63,275 bases of DNA from an uncultured Oscillospiraceae bacterium (GCA_949291395.1 CASEVW010000117.1:1-63275), one strand, 5' to 3'. Shown: positions 10,119-21,317, numbered from the stretch's first letter. Notes: generated by a model not told the origin, from the sequence alone. Translations and numbers: made by a program.

Positions 10119-10987
10119 TGTTTTTCACCCCGCTTCAGAAAACGATTCAGCGCCCAGTTGATGAGCATGATAAAGACGAACAGCACCAGGCCGATGCTGA
10201 ACAGCGCCTGCTTTTGCAGGCTGCCGTCGGCGGCGTAGCTCATCTCGCTGGCCACGGCGGTGGTCAGGAAACGCACGCTCTTGAACAGGCCCGGCATGTT
10301 GGCCACGTTGCCGGCCACCATCATCACGGCCATGGCCTCGCCCACGGCACGGCCCGCGCCCAGCACGATGCCGGCCACGATGCCGCTTTTGGCCGCGGGC
10401 ACGCTCACCTTGAACACGGTCTCGATCCAGGTAGCGCCCAGGCCCAGGCTGGCTTCCTCATACTCCTCGGGCACGGCCCGCAGGGCGGTCTCGCTCACCG
10501 AGATGATGTTGGGCAGGACCATGATGGACAGCACCAGAATAGCGCTGAACAGGTTGCTGCCGCTTTTCAGCTTGAAAAAGTCCATCACGGCGGGCACCAG
10601 CACGATCATACCGATCAAGCCGTAGACCACGCTGGGGATGCCGGCCAGCAGCTCCACCGCCGGGCGGACCACGTTCCCCAGCTTGGCCGGGGCCAGCTTT
10701 GCCAGGAAGATGGCGGTGAACAGGCCCACCGGCACGCCGATGAGCAGCGCGCCGAACATGCCCCACACACTGGTGAGGATGAAGGGCAGGATGCCGAACT
10801 GGGGCTCGGCGGCGGTGGATTTCCACACGGTGCCGAACAAAAAGTCGATGGGGCCGATTTTGACGATGGCGGGCAGGCCCGCCCAGATCATGTAGATGGT
10901 GATGAGGGCGACCGCGGCGATGGACACCATGCCGCAGACAAAGAACACCATGTTCATGATCCGCTCGATGCTGTGTTTCAGTTTCAT
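10115..10987 (-). CDS. pstC: Phosphate ABC transporter permease
   Basis: ELLAGIPSVVYG, GRAVGEAMAVMMVAGN; start at MKLKHS. Confidence 0.95.
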   Translation of the reverse strand: MKLKHSIERIMNMVFFVCGMVSIAAVALITIYMIWAGLPAIVKIGPIDFLFGTVWKSTAAEPQFGILPFILTSVWGMFGALLIGVPVGLFTAIFLAKLAPAKLGNVVRPAVELLAGIPSVVYGLIGMIVLVPAVMDFFKLKSGSNLFSAILVLSIMVLPNIISVSETALRAVPEEYEEASLGLGATWIETVFKVSVPAAKSGIVAGIVLGAGRAVGEAMAVMMVAGNVANMPGLFKSVRFLTTAVASEMSYAADGSLQKQALFSIGLVLFVFIMLINWALNRFLKRGEKQ

Positions 10988-11164
10988 TGCGTTTTTCCTC
11001 TTCGCTCTCATGGTCATACACACTGTATGCGGCCAGCGCCGCAAAAAAGCCGCCGGAAAGCATCGTTGGGATCTTCTTTCTGGCGGCTTTGCCGAACTGC
11101 GAGTATTCATTTTGCCGGGCATGCCGGCTTGAAAAGTCGTCAGTCGAAAGCCTGTAGCTTTCTT

Positions 11165-12049
11165 TTATACCAGGGGTACCGCGCCGGCGTTGGCGATCAG
11201 CTCAGAAGCGTTCTCGCTCAGCGCGAAGTCGAAGAAGGCCTGGGCCTGGGCGCTCAGCGCCTCGCCCTCCTTGGTGACGAAGACGAAGGGACGCTGGATC
11301 TTGTAGCTGCCGTCCTTCACGGTCTCCTCGGAAGCGGTCACGCCGTCCACGGTGACCATCTTAACGGAATCGTCCACAGAAGCCAGGGACACATAGCCGA
11401 AGGCGTTGGGGTTGGCGGCAACGCCAGCCAGAACGGCGCCGGTGCTGGTCAGCTCCTGCTCGTAGACGCACTGGTCTTCCACGCCCACGATGCTCTCGAA
11501 GCCGTCGCGGGTGCCGGAGCCAGCCTCACGGCCGATGAGCACCACGGGGGCATCCGGGCCGCCCACCTCGCTCCAGTTGGTGATCTGGCCGGTGGCCAGC
11601 TGGGCGATCTGCTCCAGGCTCAGGTCAGACACGGTGTTCTCGGGGTTTACCACGATGGCGATGCCGTCCAGGGCAAAGGTGGTGCCCACCAGGCCCTGTG
11701 CGGTCTCTTCCTCTTTCAGCGCGCGGCTGGACAGGCCGATGTCCAGGGTGCCGTCGGCAGCGCCGGTCACGCCAGCGCCGCTGCCGGTGGGATCGTAGGT
11801 CACATCCACGCCGGTGTTCTCTTCCATGAAGGCCTCGCTCAAAGCGCCGATGACCTTCTCCACGCTGGTGGAACCGCCGGTGGCCACGCCGCCGGACAGC
11901 TCGGCGCCGGCAGCAGCGGCAGAAGAACCAGTGGCCGCGCCAGTGGAAGAACCGGTAGCAGCGCTGCTGGAAGCACCGCCGCCGCAGGCTACCAGGCCGG
12001 CAGCCATCACACAAGCAACAGTCATTGCAATAAAGCGTTTCATTTTCAT
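11165..12049 (-). CDS. pstS: Phosphate ABC transporter substrate-binding lipoprotein
   Basis: Lipobox LVAC, GSTSV, TGSGAG, GREAGSGTR. Confidence 0.95.
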   Translation of the reverse strand: MKMKRFIAMTVACVMAAGLVACGGGASSSAATGSSTGAATGSSAAAAGAELSGGVATGGSTSVEKVIGALSEAFMEENTGVDVTYDPTGSGAGVTGAADGTLDIGLSSRALKEEETAQGLVGTTFALDGIAIVVNPENTVSDLSLEQIAQLATGQITNWSEVGGPDAPVVLIGREAGSGTRDGFESIVGVEDQCVYEQELTSTGAVLAGVAANPNAFGYVSLASVDDSVKMVTVDGVTASEETVKDGSYKIQRPFVFVTKEGEALSAQAQAFFDFALSENASELIANAGAVPLV

Positions 12050-12201
12050 CGTTTCGTACTCCCTCTCCATACAATTTCAACAGGGTTCCTATGTTCGCCG
12101 GCGCTGGTTTGGGCCGGGCGATCAGGATACGTTTTTTCTCGTCCCCCCTCGGGACTGTACCCATTATACCCCGCCCCATGCAAAATCCTCCCACATGTTC
12201 C

Positions 12202-12238
12202 GGTAAGGCCTTTGTTAAATCCCGCAGGGTTTTGTAAA
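12202..12238 (-). promoter_or_regulatory. Possible Pho boxes upstream of pstS
   Basis: Minus-strand TTTACA, TTAACA and CTTACC hexamers (last two 11 bp apart), resembling Firmicutes PhoP TT(A/T/C)ACA repeats. Confidence 0.4.
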
Positions 12239-12361
12239 ACAAATTTTACAAAAGAGCGAAGCGTTTTTTGTGATCCTGCCGGCCACGCCTTTTTTCTTTA
12301 TAATAAGGTAGACAGGGCGGCCGCCGCTGCCCGAAAAGGCCGCTCCGCGCCCCCTTTCCCC

Positions 12362-12390
12362 TTGACGGCGGATAAAACAAGTTCTATAAT
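12362..12390 (+). promoter_or_regulatory. Sigma-A promoter of ilvE
   Basis: TTGACG-17 bp-TATAAT. Confidence 0.75.
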
Positions 12391-12467
12391 GGTCACAAAC
12401 CAGACCGGGGCAAGCGCGGCGCGCCCCGGTCCTCTGCTTTTATCCCAATACAAAAGGAGCGAACATC

Positions 12468-13535
12468 ATGCTGGACATCAAAGTGACCAAAACCACCGCC
12501 CCCAAGCCCAAGCCCGACCAGGACCACCTGGGCTTCGGCTCTTTTTACACCGACCACATGTTCCTGATGGACTACGACGAGGGCCAGGGCTGGCACTCCG
12601 CCCGCATCGAGCCCTATCACCCGCTGCAGCTGGACCCCGCCGCCATGGTGCTGCACTATGCCCAGGAGAGCTTTGAGGGCATGAAGGCCTACCGCACCGC
12701 CGAGGGCCAGGTGCAGCTGTTCCGCCCGGAGAAAAACGGCGAGCGGCTGCAAAGCACCCACCAGCGGCTGTGCATCCCCGCCATCCCGGTGGAGGATTTT
12801 GTGCAGGCGGTGAAAGCACTGGTGGATGTGGACCGGGACTGGGTGCCCAGCGCCCCCGGCACCAGCCTGTACCTGCGGCCTTTCACCATCGCCACCGAGG
12901 CCCAGCTGGGGGTCAAGGTGAGCAGCAGCTATCAGTTTTTGGTGATCGCCTCTCCCTCCGGCGCTTACTACGCCGAAGGCCTGGACCCGGTGAAGATCTA
13001 TGTGGAGGATGAATACGTGCGGGCCGCCCCGGGCGGCACCGGCGCCATCAAATGCGGCGGCAACTATGCCGCCAGCCTGGCGGGGCAGCAGAAGGCCCAC
13101 CAGATGGGCTACAGCCAGGTGCTCTGGCTGGACGGCATCCACCGCAAGTATGTGGAAGAGGTGGGCAGCATGAACTGCTTCTTCAAGATCGACGGGGTGG
13201 TGCGCACCGCCCCCTGCGCCGGCACCGTGCTGCCGGGCATCACCCGCATGAGCTGCATCGAGCTGCTGCGGGACTGGGGCTACACCGTGGACTGCGACAC
13301 CCGCCTTTCCATCCAGGAAGTGATGGAAGCCGCCCACAGCGGCAAGCTGGAAGAGGTGTTCGGCACCGGCACCGCCGCGGTGGTGAGCCCGGTGGGCAAG
13401 CTGTACTACGAGGGCGACGAGGTGACCGTGGGCGACGGCGGCATCGGCCCCGTGACCCAGCGCCTGTACGACACCCTCACCGGCATCCAGTGGGGCGCCC
13501 TGCCCGACGAAAAGGGCTGGATCGTACCGGTCTAA
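12468..13535 (+). CDS. ilvE: Branched-chain amino acid aminotransferase
   Basis: LHYAQESFEGMKAY, KCGGNYA (PLP lysine), EEVGSMN, LPGITR, GTGTAA. Confidence 0.96.
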   Translation: MLDIKVTKTTAPKPKPDQDHLGFGSFYTDHMFLMDYDEGQGWHSARIEPYHPLQLDPAAMVLHYAQESFEGMKAYRTAEGQVQLFRPEKNGERLQSTHQRLCIPAIPVEDFVQAVKALVDVDRDWVPSAPGTSLYLRPFTIATEAQLGVKVSSSYQFLVIASPSGAYYAEGLDPVKIYVEDEYVRAAPGGTGAIKCGGNYAASLAGQQKAHQMGYSQVLWLDGIHRKYVEEVGSMNCFFKIDGVVRTAPCAGTVLPGITRMSCIELLRDWGYTVDCDTRLSIQEVMEAAHSGKLEEVFGTGTAAVVSPVGKLYYEGDEVTVGDGGIGPVTQRLYDTLTGIQWGALPDEKGWIVPV

Positions 13536-13601
13536 CTTTTTAGGCACACAAAAACGGCCAGAGGAAAATTTTCCTCTGGCTGTTTTTTCTTTCCCGCTTT
13601 T

Positions 13602-14153
13602 TTATTTTGCATCGCTCCGGCACAAAAAGGCCGCCCAGGGGCCGGGGGCTTGCCGCCAGTGCTCCTGCCAGTACAACAGGCGCTGTAAATATTCCCGGTG
13701 CCGCTGTTCCACCGGGCCCCGGCAGTCCTCCAGCCCGTGCCGGTACACCAGGGCCGTCAGCTCATAGATGGGCAGGCCGATGCCGTGGCCGGGGGTGTGC
13801 ACCGTGCTGCAGGCCTGCCCCACCCCGTGGCAGAGGGCCTGATCCGCCGGGTCTTGGATCTCCTTTGCCAGGGCGTGGCAGTCCAGGATGGCCCGTTTTG
13901 CCTGGGGCATCTTGATCTCGCCCCTGGCCCACCGCCGGGCCTCGGTGAGGGCTGCCCGTGGCCGGGGGTCCCCATAGCGTTCTTCCAGCTGGCGCACCGG
14001 CTGCTCCGCCAGCTCCAGCGCCCAGAGCACCACCGCCCGCCGGTGCTGCCCTTCCAGCAGGACCATCAGGTCCTGCAAAAGGACGCTTTGTTTGGAAAAC
14101 AGGATCTGGTTTTTCCGCTTTTGCTTTGCTTTTACCTCTTCCAGCCAATCCAT
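13602..14153 (-). CDS. Imm5-like putative immunity-family protein
   Basis: WA...[20 protein letters not shown]...CH...[11 protein letters not shown] pattern; start MDWLEE after GGAGGG. Confidence 0.6.
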   Translation of the reverse strand: MDWLEEVKAKQKRKNQILFSKQSVLLQDLMVLLEGQHRRAVVLWALELAEQPVRQLEERYGDPRPRAALTEARRWARGEIKMPQAKRAILDCHALAKEIQDPADQALCHGVGQACSTVHTPGHGIGLPIYELTALVYRHGLEDCRGPVEQRHREYLQRLLYWQEHWRQAPGPWAAFLCRSDAK

Positions 14154-14231
14154 GAGAATGCCCTCCTTCTTTTTGGTAGCACAAATGATAGCACAAAAAC
14201 AGGCCCGCTTCAACCGAAGCGGGCCTGCCGT

Positions 14232-14984
14232 TTATCCATTCTGCCGGAAGCGGGAGAGGAACTCCACCGTCCGCTCGTTTTGGGGGTGGTTGAACAGCTG
14301 GTCCGGGGTGCCCTCCTCGCAGATGAGGCCGTCGGACATGAACACCACATGGTTGCTCACGTCCCGGGCAAAGGCCATCTCGTGGGTCACCACGATCATG
14401 GTCATGCCCTCGGCGGCCAGCTTCTGCATGACCGCCAGCACCTCGCCCACCATCTCCGGGTCCAGGGCGCTGGTGGGCTCGTCGAACAACAGCAGCTCCG
14501 GCTCCATGGCCAGGGCCCGGGCAATGGCCACCCGCTGCTGCTGGCCGCCGGAAAGCTGGCTGGGCTTTGCGTTCACATACTCCGCCATGCCCACCTTTTC
14601 CAGGTAGAACAGCGCCTTTTCCTGGGCGGTCTTTTTGTCCCGCTTGAGGGCCTTTTCCTGGCCCAGCATGCAGTTTTTCAGCACCGTCAGGTTGCTGAAC
14701 AGGTTGAAGGACTGGAACACCATGCCCACCTTGGTACGGTAGGCCGGGATGCTGCCGCTCTGGCTGATGTCCTGCCCGTGGAACAAAATCTCGCCGGCGG
14801 TGGGGGTCTCCAGCAGGTTCAGGCAGCGCAGCAGGGTAGACTTGCCGCTGCCGGAGGGGCCGATGATGGTGGTCACGTCGCCCTGGTTCACCGTGAAGTT
14901 GATATCCTTCAGGATCTCCCGCTGGCCAAAATGCTTATTCAGGTGGCGCACTTCCACAATGGCGCCGGTATCGGTCTTATTCAT
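14232..14984 (-). CDS. Polar amino acid ABC transporter ATPase
   Basis: [40 protein letters not shown]. Confidence 0.93.
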   Translation of the reverse strand: MNKTDTGAIVEVRHLNKHFGQREILKDINFTVNQGDVTTIIGPSGSGKSTLLRCLNLLETPTAGEILFHGQDISQSGSIPAYRTKVGMVFQSFNLFSNLTVLKNCMLGQEKALKRDKKTAQEKALFYLEKVGMAEYVNAKPSQLSGGQQQRVAIARALAMEPELLLFDEPTSALDPEMVGEVLAVMQKLAAEGMTMIVVTHEMAFARDVSNHVVFMSDGLICEEGTPDQLFNHPQNERTVEFLSRFRQNG

Positions 14985-14985
14985 C

Positions 14986-16656
14986 TCAGCACTCTCCCTT
15001 CGTTTCCAGGTCCAGGTTGCCGGTGCGCGGCTTGCCGCTGTCCACATGGCGGGGGGCGTTCAGCCCGCCGGTCTGCTTCACCAGCGTGTAGTTGGACTCG
15101 CCGTCCATCCGCTTTTCCACCCAGCGCAGGATCAGCGAACAGGTGAGGGTCATGATCAGGTAGATGCCCATCTCGATGACCGCCGAGGGGAAGTAGGCGT
15201 AGATGGCGCCCACCACGCCCTTGTGCACGCTGAACAGCTCGGCCACGCCGATGATGAACAGCACCGAGGTATCCTTGATGTTGATGATCAGGTTGTTGCC
15301 CACCTGCGGCATGATGTTGCGCAGCGCCTGGGGCAGGATGACGCTGGTCATGGTCTGCACATGGGTCAGGCCGATGGCTTTCGCGCCCTCGGTCTGGCCC
15401 ACCGGGATGGACAAAATGCCGCCCCGCACCGACTCGGCCATGTAAGCGCCGGTGTTCACCGAAACGATGATGAGCGCGGCGCTCCACATATCCAGGTTCA
15501 GGCCGAACAGATAGGCCGCGCCGTAGAAGATGAGCACCGCCTGCAGGATCATGGGGGTGCCCCGGAAGATCTCCACATAGACCCGCAGGATCCCCCGGGC
15601 CAGGCCCAGCACTGCCTTTTTGGCGGCGCTGTCGCCCTTTTCGCAGGGGATGGTCTGCACGATGCCGCAGCCCAGGCCGATCACGCAGCCGATGGCGGTG
15701 CAGATCACCGCGATCAGGATGGTGATGCCGGCGCCCCGCAGGTAGTTGGTGCCGTAGTTTTGCAGCAGGTAGACGATCTGGGCAAAGAAGCCCTGGGGCA
15801 GGCCCTCCCCGTCGCTCAGGGGCTGGATGGCGATGGCCTGGTCCATCATCTCGTTGTAGTCGTCCTCGGTCATGGTGGCCAGCACGCCGTTGATGGCGTC
15901 TTTCAGCTGGGTGTTGCCCTTCTGCACCGAGATGCCGATGTTGATGTCCTCGCTGGACACCTGGAAATTATCCTCGCTGCCGGTGAAGTCCAGCAGCACA
16001 AAGTCGCTGTAGGCATTCAGCGCCGCCTTGGCGGTGGGGATGTCGGTGACGATCAGGTTGGCCCGGCCGGTCTCCAGCGCCATCAGCATGGCGGGGGCGG
16101 ATTCCTGGGGGGTGAGGATGTTGCCGTTCGGGATCTGGGGCAGGCAGCCGTCGTACCAAATGGTGCCCAGTTGGCTGGTGGCGGTGGCCCCCTCCAGGTC
16201 AGACAGGCCCTGGGCCTGGGCGTAGGGGCTGTCGGTGCGGGTCAGGCCCACGATGGAGGCGTAGAAGTAGGGCTCGGTGAAATCCACCGACTCCAGCCGC
16301 TCGCTGGTGATGGACTGGCCGGCGATGACGCAGTCCACGGTGCCGCTTTGCACCGCGGGCACCAGGGAGTCCCAGTCCAGCCGGACGATCTCCAGCTCCA
16401 TGCCCAGGGCGTCGGCGATCTTTTTGGCCATCATCACGTCGTAGCCGTTGGCGTAGTCGGCGCTGTCCCGGATGGGCACCGCGCCGTTGGAATCGTCGGA
16501 CTGGGTCCAGTTGTAGGGGGCGTAGGCGCACTCCATGGCAACGGTGAGCACGTTGTCGCTCAGCACGCCGGTGTCCGCCGCGCTCACCGCGCCCAGGCTG
16601 CCCAGCACGCCGGCGGTGAGCACCAGGGCCATCAGCAGGCTTGCGATCTTTTTCAT
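14986..16656 (-). CDS. Fused amino acid ABC substrate-binding/permease protein, probably lysine-specific
   Basis: [10 protein letters not shown] family-3 SBP, then YVEIFRGTP and [10 protein letters not shown] permease motifs; preceded by a lysine riboswitch. Confidence 0.9.
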   Translation of the reverse strand: MKKIASLLMALVLTAGVLGSLGAVSAADTGVLSDNVLTVAMECAYAPYNWTQSDDSNGAVPIRDSADYANGYDVMMAKKIADALGMELEIVRLDWDSLVPAVQSGTVDCVIAGQSITSERLESVDFTEPYFYASIVGLTRTDSPYAQAQGLSDLEGATATSQLGTIWYDGCLPQIPNGNILTPQESAPAMLMALETGRANLIVTDIPTAKAALNAYSDFVLLDFTGSEDNFQVSSEDINIGISVQKGNTQLKDAINGVLATMTEDDYNEMMDQAIAIQPLSDGEGLPQGFFAQIVYLLQNYGTNYLRGAGITILIAVICTAIGCVIGLGCGIVQTIPCEKGDSAAKKAVLGLARGILRVYVEIFRGTPMILQAVLIFYGAAYLFGLNLDMWSAALIIVSVNTGAYMAESVRGGILSIPVGQTEGAKAIGLTHVQTMTSVILPQALRNIMPQVGNNLIINIKDTSVLFIIGVAELFSVHKGVVGAIYAYFPSAVIEMGIYLIMTLTCSLILRWVEKRMDGESNYTLVKQTGGLNAPRHVDSGKPRTGNLDLETKGEC

Positions 16657-16699
16657 GGGTTTTCTTCTCTCCTTTTCTTTTCTCGCTGCCCGCCACGCA

Positions 16700-16741
16700 A
16701 AGAAACGGGGCCGCTTTTCGGTCTCGAAAAGCGGCCCCGTG
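16700..16741 (-). terminator. Riboswitch-controlled terminator
   Basis: ACGGGGCCGCTTTTCG...CGAAAAGCGGCCCCGT hairpin plus U-rich tail between the aptamer and the CDS. Confidence 0.8.
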
Positions 16742-16788
16742 AACAAACGACTGTAAGCAGCCCTGCCGGGCCGCCCGTCTTTCGTTTT

Positions 16789-16954
16789 GGATAGCGCTTC
16801 ACGAACTCTTCGTGACAGTCCGCCGGATGTTCTCCGTCGGCCCAGGCAAGCACCCCCAGACAGGGGCCGCTCCCTTCGGCGGTCTTCCCTTTCCTGCACG
16901 GCGGGTGTCTGCCCTGTTGCCGTGCGGTACTCTTGAAGCCCGCGCCTCTATCAC
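16789..16954 (-). ncRNA. Lysine riboswitch (L-box)
   Basis: Minus strand GATAGAGGCGCG...GAGTA...GAAAGGG...GCCGAAG...ACTGTC...GAAGCGCTATC matches the L-box signature; TTGACA-17-TAAGAT promoter just upstream. Confidence 0.92.
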
Positions 16955-17090
16955 AGCGATATTGAATTTGCTGTCATCTTACTCTCTTTTTTCCGCCTTG
17001 TCAACCATCTGGACAAAATTGGCGCATTTTGCCGCCAAAACCGGCGAAAATCGGAGGCAAAACAGGGCACAATGCATCAAAAAAGGCGTT

Positions 17091-18134
17091 TTATTCCGCC
17101 TGGATGTAACTCTTGAGCAGCTCAAAGGTCGCCATCATGCCCTTCACATGGCTGCGCTCGTACCCGTGGGACGCGTACACCCCCGCCCCGATGAGGCCAT
17201 GCTTCACGTCCCAGCCGGCCCGCAGGGTGGCCTCGGCGTCCGAGCCATAGTGGGGGTACACGTCCACCGCATAGTCCACCCCGGCCCGCTTGGCGGCGTC
17301 GATGAGGCCGCTCACCACCTGGTAGTGGTAGGGGCCGCCGCTGTCCTTGGCGCAGATGGACACCTGGTGCTCTTTGCAGGCAAGTCCGTCGCCCACGCAG
17401 CCCATGTCCACGCTGAGCACCTCGCCCACGCCGTCGGGCACCGAGGCCGAACCGCCGTGGCCCACCTCTTCGAATACAGTGACATGCTGGTAAACGGGGC
17501 GGCGGGTCCTTGCGCCGCTCTGTTTCAGCCAGCGGGCGTAGCCCAGCAGGATGCCCACGCTGAGCTTATCGTCCAGAAAGCGGCTTTTGATGTAGCCGCT
17601 GTCGGTGACGGTGGTGCGGGGGTCAAAGCAGACCACGTCGCCGGTCTGGATGCCCAGGGCCTCCACCTCCTGTTTGGAAAAGGCCATCTCGTCCAGCACC
17701 ACTTCCATGCTGTCCCAGTCCCGCTTGGTGTCGTTGTAGCCGCCGTTCACATGGATGGAGGCGTTTTTCAGCTGGAAGGTGCCGGTGTAGGTCCTGCCGT
17801 CACGGGTGTAGACCCGCACGTTCTCGGCTTCGGCGTTGTTGGGATTCATGCCGCCCAGGGCCGTCAGCCGCAGCCGCCCGTCCGCCTTTACCTCGGCCAC
17901 CATGCCGCCCAGGGTGTCCAGATGGGCTTCCAGCAGCAGGCCGTCCTGGGGCTGGCTGCCGTCGCCCTCGCTCACCTTTACCAGCACGCCCCCTTTGCGG
18001 GTGCGCTGGGGCGCAAAGCCCAGGGCCTCGTACTCTTTCATCAGATAATCCGCCGCGTTGTGGGTGTAGCCGGTGGGGCTGTCGATGGCCAGCACATTGC
18101 ACACCTGGCCCAGCATGTATTCCTGATCGTTCAT
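17091..18134 (-). CDS. M42 family metallopeptidase
   Basis: SPTGY, AHLDT, SRFLDDK, FEEVG, SHGYER. Confidence 0.9.
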   Translation of the reverse strand: MNDQEYMLGQVCNVLAIDSPTGYTHNAADYLMKEYEALGFAPQRTRKGGVLVKVSEGDGSQPQDGLLLEAHLDTLGGMVAEVKADGRLRLTALGGMNPNNAEAENVRVYTRDGRTYTGTFQLKNASIHVNGGYNDTKRDWDSMEVVLDEMAFSKQEVEALGIQTGDVVCFDPRTTVTDSGYIKSRFLDDKLSVGILLGYARWLKQSGARTRRPVYQHVTVFEEVGHGGSASVPDGVGEVLSVDMGCVGDGLACKEHQVSICAKDSGGPYHYQVVSGLIDAAKRAGVDYAVDVYPHYGSDAEATLRAGWDVKHGLIGAGVYASHGYERSHVKGMMATFELLKSYIQAE

Positions 18135-18379
18135 CGTTTTTTCGCTCCTTTCTTGTAACGGCCCTTGGAGGCCGGTCTCTCGCTTTGTTTATTATACTCT
18201 CCCCTGGCCTCTTTGCAAAGCCGCCGGGATATTTTATTGATTTATCGCTTTATCTTGTTTTATTAAAAAGCAATATTTTGCTATTTATTTTCTGCCGCAT
18301 TCTCGTAAAACCACACTATTTCGTTAAAGTTTTTGCAGCCGCCACTCTTTTTGAAAGCCAATTTTTATAAACATTTCCC

Positions 18380-18409
18380 TTGACAGCGTTTTTTATTACC
18401 CTTTATAAT
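18380..18409 (+). promoter_or_regulatory. Sigma-A promoter of the abgT operon
   Basis: TTGACA-18 bp-TATAAT in an AT-rich region. Confidence 0.7.
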
Positions 18410-18472
18410 AAAAGCACTGCTTTTCCGTTTTGCGGCGGAAAAGCAAACATCTGCGCAAAAAGGAGGAATCTC

Positions 18473-20029
18473 ATGTCTACCAACAACACACCGGCAGAGG
18501 CAAAGCGCTCTCTGCTGGACCGCTGGATGGACGGGATCGAGCGTGTGGGCAACAAGCTGCCCGACCCCATCACCCTGTTTTTAGGCCTGTCGGTGATCGT
18601 GGCCATCGTCACCGGCATCTGCTCTCTGTTCGATGTGTCCGCTGTACACCCCGGCACCGGCGAGACCATTGCCGTGACCAACCTGTTCTCGGCCTACGGC
18701 CTGGAATACCTGTGGAACAACGTGATCTCGAACTTCGCCAACTTTGCCCCCCTGGGCATGGTGCTGGTGGCGGTGATCGGCTCTGCCGCGGCGGAAAAGA
18801 GCGGCTTCCTCATCGCTTTCATGCGGTATTTCCTGGGCAGCGCCAAGGGCTGGGTGGTCACGGCCGCCATCATCTTTGTGGGCATCAACGCCAACCTGGC
18901 GGGCGATGCGGGCTACATCGTCATGCCGCCCCTGGCCGCTGTGATCTACATGTCCATCGGCCGCAGCCCCCTGCTGGGCATCTTTGTGGCTTACGGCGCG
19001 GTGGCGGGCGGTTTCTGCGCCAACATCGCCCTGGGCATGTCCGACGCACTGGCCTACGGCTTCACCGAGCAGGCCGCCCGGATGATCGACCCGGCTTACG
19101 GCCAGTCCATCGCCATCAACTGGTATTTTCTCATCGTGTCCTGCGTGGTGCTCACGGTGGTGGGCACCACGCTGGTGGAAAAATTCCTGGTGCACCGCTT
19201 CCCCATGAGCCCGGAAGCCCTGCTCAAATACAACTTTGACCGGAACGCCGTGGAGCTGGACGACGTGCAGAAAAAGGGTCTGAAATACGCCGGCCTGTTC
19301 ACCCTGGCCTTTGTGGCGGTGATGGTGCTGCTGTGCATCCCCTTTGGCGGCCACGCCGTGCTGGCGAACGCAAATGGCTCGCTGATGAGCTCGGACTCTC
19401 CTTTCACCAAAGGCATCGTGTTCACCGTGTCCCTTTTGATGTTCTTCCCCGGCCTTGGCTACGGCATCGGCATCGGCCGCTACCACAACGACAAGGACCT
19501 GTGGGCGGACATCATCCAGGGCTTCAGCGAGATGGGCCAGTACATCTTCATGTGCTTTTTCATCTCCATCTTCACCAACTTTTTCGCCGTGTCCAACCTG
19601 GGCACCGTGCTGGCCATCAAGGGGGCGGACGGCCTGTCCGCCATTGGCTTCACCGGCGTGCCCCTGCTGCTGGGCCTGGTGCTGGTGTCCTGCGTGGTGA
19701 ACCTGTTCATCGGCTCGGCTTCGGCCAAGTGGGCCATCCTGGCCCCGGTGTTCGTGCCCATGATGATGCTGATGGGCTACGACCCCGCCGTCACCCAGGT
19801 GGCCTACCGCATCGGCGACTCCATCACCAATCCCCTGTCGCCCCTGTTCACCTATATGCCGGTGGTGCTGGGCTTCGCCCGCAAGTACGACAAGGACGCA
19901 GGCCTGGGCACCGTGATCGCCAATATGCTGCCCTTCTCGGTGACCTTCGCCATTGCCTGGATCATCCAGCTGACCCTGTGGGTGGTATTCGACCTGCCCC
20001 TGGGCCCCGGCGGCGGCATCTATCTTTGA
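18473..20029 (+). CDS. abgT: AbgT family transporter
   Basis: IERVGNKLPDP, FAPLG, SASAKW, YRIGDSITN, LPLGPG; ATG after AGGAGG. Confidence 0.9.
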   Translation: MSTNNTPAEAKRSLLDRWMDGIERVGNKLPDPITLFLGLSVIVAIVTGICSLFDVSAVHPGTGETIAVTNLFSAYGLEYLWNNVISNFANFAPLGMVLVAVIGSAAAEKSGFLIAFMRYFLGSAKGWVVTAAIIFVGINANLAGDAGYIVMPPLAAVIYMSIGRSPLLGIFVAYGAVAGGFCANIALGMSDALAYGFTEQAARMIDPAYGQSIAINWYFLIVSCVVLTVVGTTLVEKFLVHRFPMSPEALLKYNFDRNAVELDDVQKKGLKYAGLFTLAFVAVMVLLCIPFGGHAVLANANGSLMSSDSPFTKGIVFTVSLLMFFPGLGYGIGIGRYHNDKDLWADIIQGFSEMGQYIFMCFFISIFTNFFAVSNLGTVLAIKGADGLSAIGFTGVPLLLGLVLVSCVVNLFIGSASAKWAILAPVFVPMMMLMGYDPAVTQVAYRIGDSITNPLSPLFTYMPVVLGFARKYDKDAGLGTVIANMLPFSVTFAIAWIIQLTLWVVFDLPLGPGGGIYL

Positions 20030-20127
20030 GCCTAAGGCCTGGCAAATCCGCCGGCCTTGCCACAGCCTCCCGCCTGGGAGGCTGTGCTTTTATCCCCATT
20101 TCACTTTTATTTGGAGGGACCGAACCT

Positions 20128-21315
20128 ATGGATCTGAACCAGCGCGCCCGGGCGCTGGGCGGGCAGATCACCGCCTGGCGGCGGCATCTGCACACCCACC
20201 CGGAACTTTCGTTCAAGGAGTATGAGACAACGGCGTTTCTTGCCGCCGAGCTTGCCAAAATGGGCATCGCCGTGACCACCTTCCAGGATTACACCGGCTG
20301 CATCGGCATCATCAACCCTCAGCATCCCGGCCCCACGGTGGCCCTGCGGGCGGACATCGACGCTCTGCCCATCACCGAGGACACCGGCGCCGCCTTTGCC
20401 TCCCAGAACCCCGGCGTGATGCACGCCTGCGGCCACGACTGCCACACCGCCATGCTGCTGGGGGCCGCCCAGCTTTTGCAGGAACAGGCGCAAGACCTGC
20501 CCGGCCGGGTGCTGCTGCTGTTCCAGGCGGCGGAAGAGGGCTTTTGCGGCAGCCGCTACTACCTGGAAAAGGGATATCTAGAAGGCGTAAGCGCCATTCT
20601 GGGCATGCACGTCTGCCCGGACGCCCCCTCCGGCAAGCTGTCCATTGAGGAGGGCAACCGGATGGCCGGCCGGGACAACTGGCGCATCACGGTGGAGGGC
20701 GTTTCCGCCCACGGTTCCACCCCCCACCTGGGGCGGGACGCCATCGTGGCGGCCAGCAGCTGCATTTTGAATCTTCAGACCCTGGCCAGCCGGGTCAACG
20801 ACCCGCTGAACCCGCTGGCCCTCACGGTGAGCACCGTGAAAGCCGGCAGCCAGTTCAACATCATCACCGACACCGCCCTGCTGGAGGGCACCCTGCGCAC
20901 GTACGACCCGGCCTTGCGGGCCACTGTGAAGCGGGAGATGGAGACGGTGATCGCCCACTCCGCCGCCGCACTGGGCTGCACCGCCCGGCTGGAATTCATC
21001 GAGGCGGACGCGGGCGATGCGGTCATCAACGACCATCCCGGCCTGGTGGCGCTGGCCCAGTCCTCCGCCGCCAAGCTGTTCGGCCCGGACATTCTCTGCC
21101 ACGTGGAGCCCAGCATGGCCAGCGAGGATTTTTCCTGCCTGATGCAGGCCATCCCCGGGCTATTCGTCTTTCTGGGCATCCACGACGAGGGCTGCGGCGC
21201 GGTGTGGCCGCTGCACTCGGAGCATTTTGCCGTGAATGAATCCATCCTGCCCACCGGCAGCGCGCTCTACGCCCAGTTTGCGGTGGACTATCTGAACCAA
21301 CAGGAGGGCCGCTGA
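20128..21315 (+). CDS. M20D amidohydrolase
   Basis: HPELSFKE, LRADIDALP, MHACGHDCH, AEEG, SEDFS, LH. Confidence 0.92.
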   Translation: MDLNQRARALGGQITAWRRHLHTHPELSFKEYETTAFLAAELAKMGIAVTTFQDYTGCIGIINPQHPGPTVALRADIDALPITEDTGAAFASQNPGVMHACGHDCHTAMLLGAAQLLQEQAQDLPGRVLLLFQAAEEGFCGSRYYLEKGYLEGVSAILGMHVCPDAPSGKLSIEEGNRMAGRDNWRITVEGVSAHGSTPHLGRDAIVAASSCILNLQTLASRVNDPLNPLALTVSTVKAGSQFNIITDTALLEGTLRTYDPALRATVKREMETVIAHSAAALGCTARLEFIEADAGDAVINDHPGLVALAQSSAAKLFGPDILCHVEPSMASEDFSCLMQAIPGLFVFLGIHDEGCGAVWPLHSEHFAVNESILPTGSALYAQFAVDYLNQQEGR

Positions 21316-21317
21316 CC

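Noticed and set aside
10214-12676. 820-aa ORF and many similar long overlapping ORFs (e.g. 31484-33937, 23194-25215, 14749-16794)
   Set aside because: Stop-poor antisense or alternate frames typical of high-GC DNA, lying over well-supported genes
4047-14153. Two immunity-like genes as a polymorphic toxin system
   Set aside because: They are ~8 kb apart, host-like in composition, with no toxin or secretion gene nearby; the family names alone do not establish function
16657-16899. N-terminal extension of the ABC fusion protein in the ORF track
   Set aside because: The region is the lysine riboswitch and terminator; the RBS and signal peptide begin at 16656
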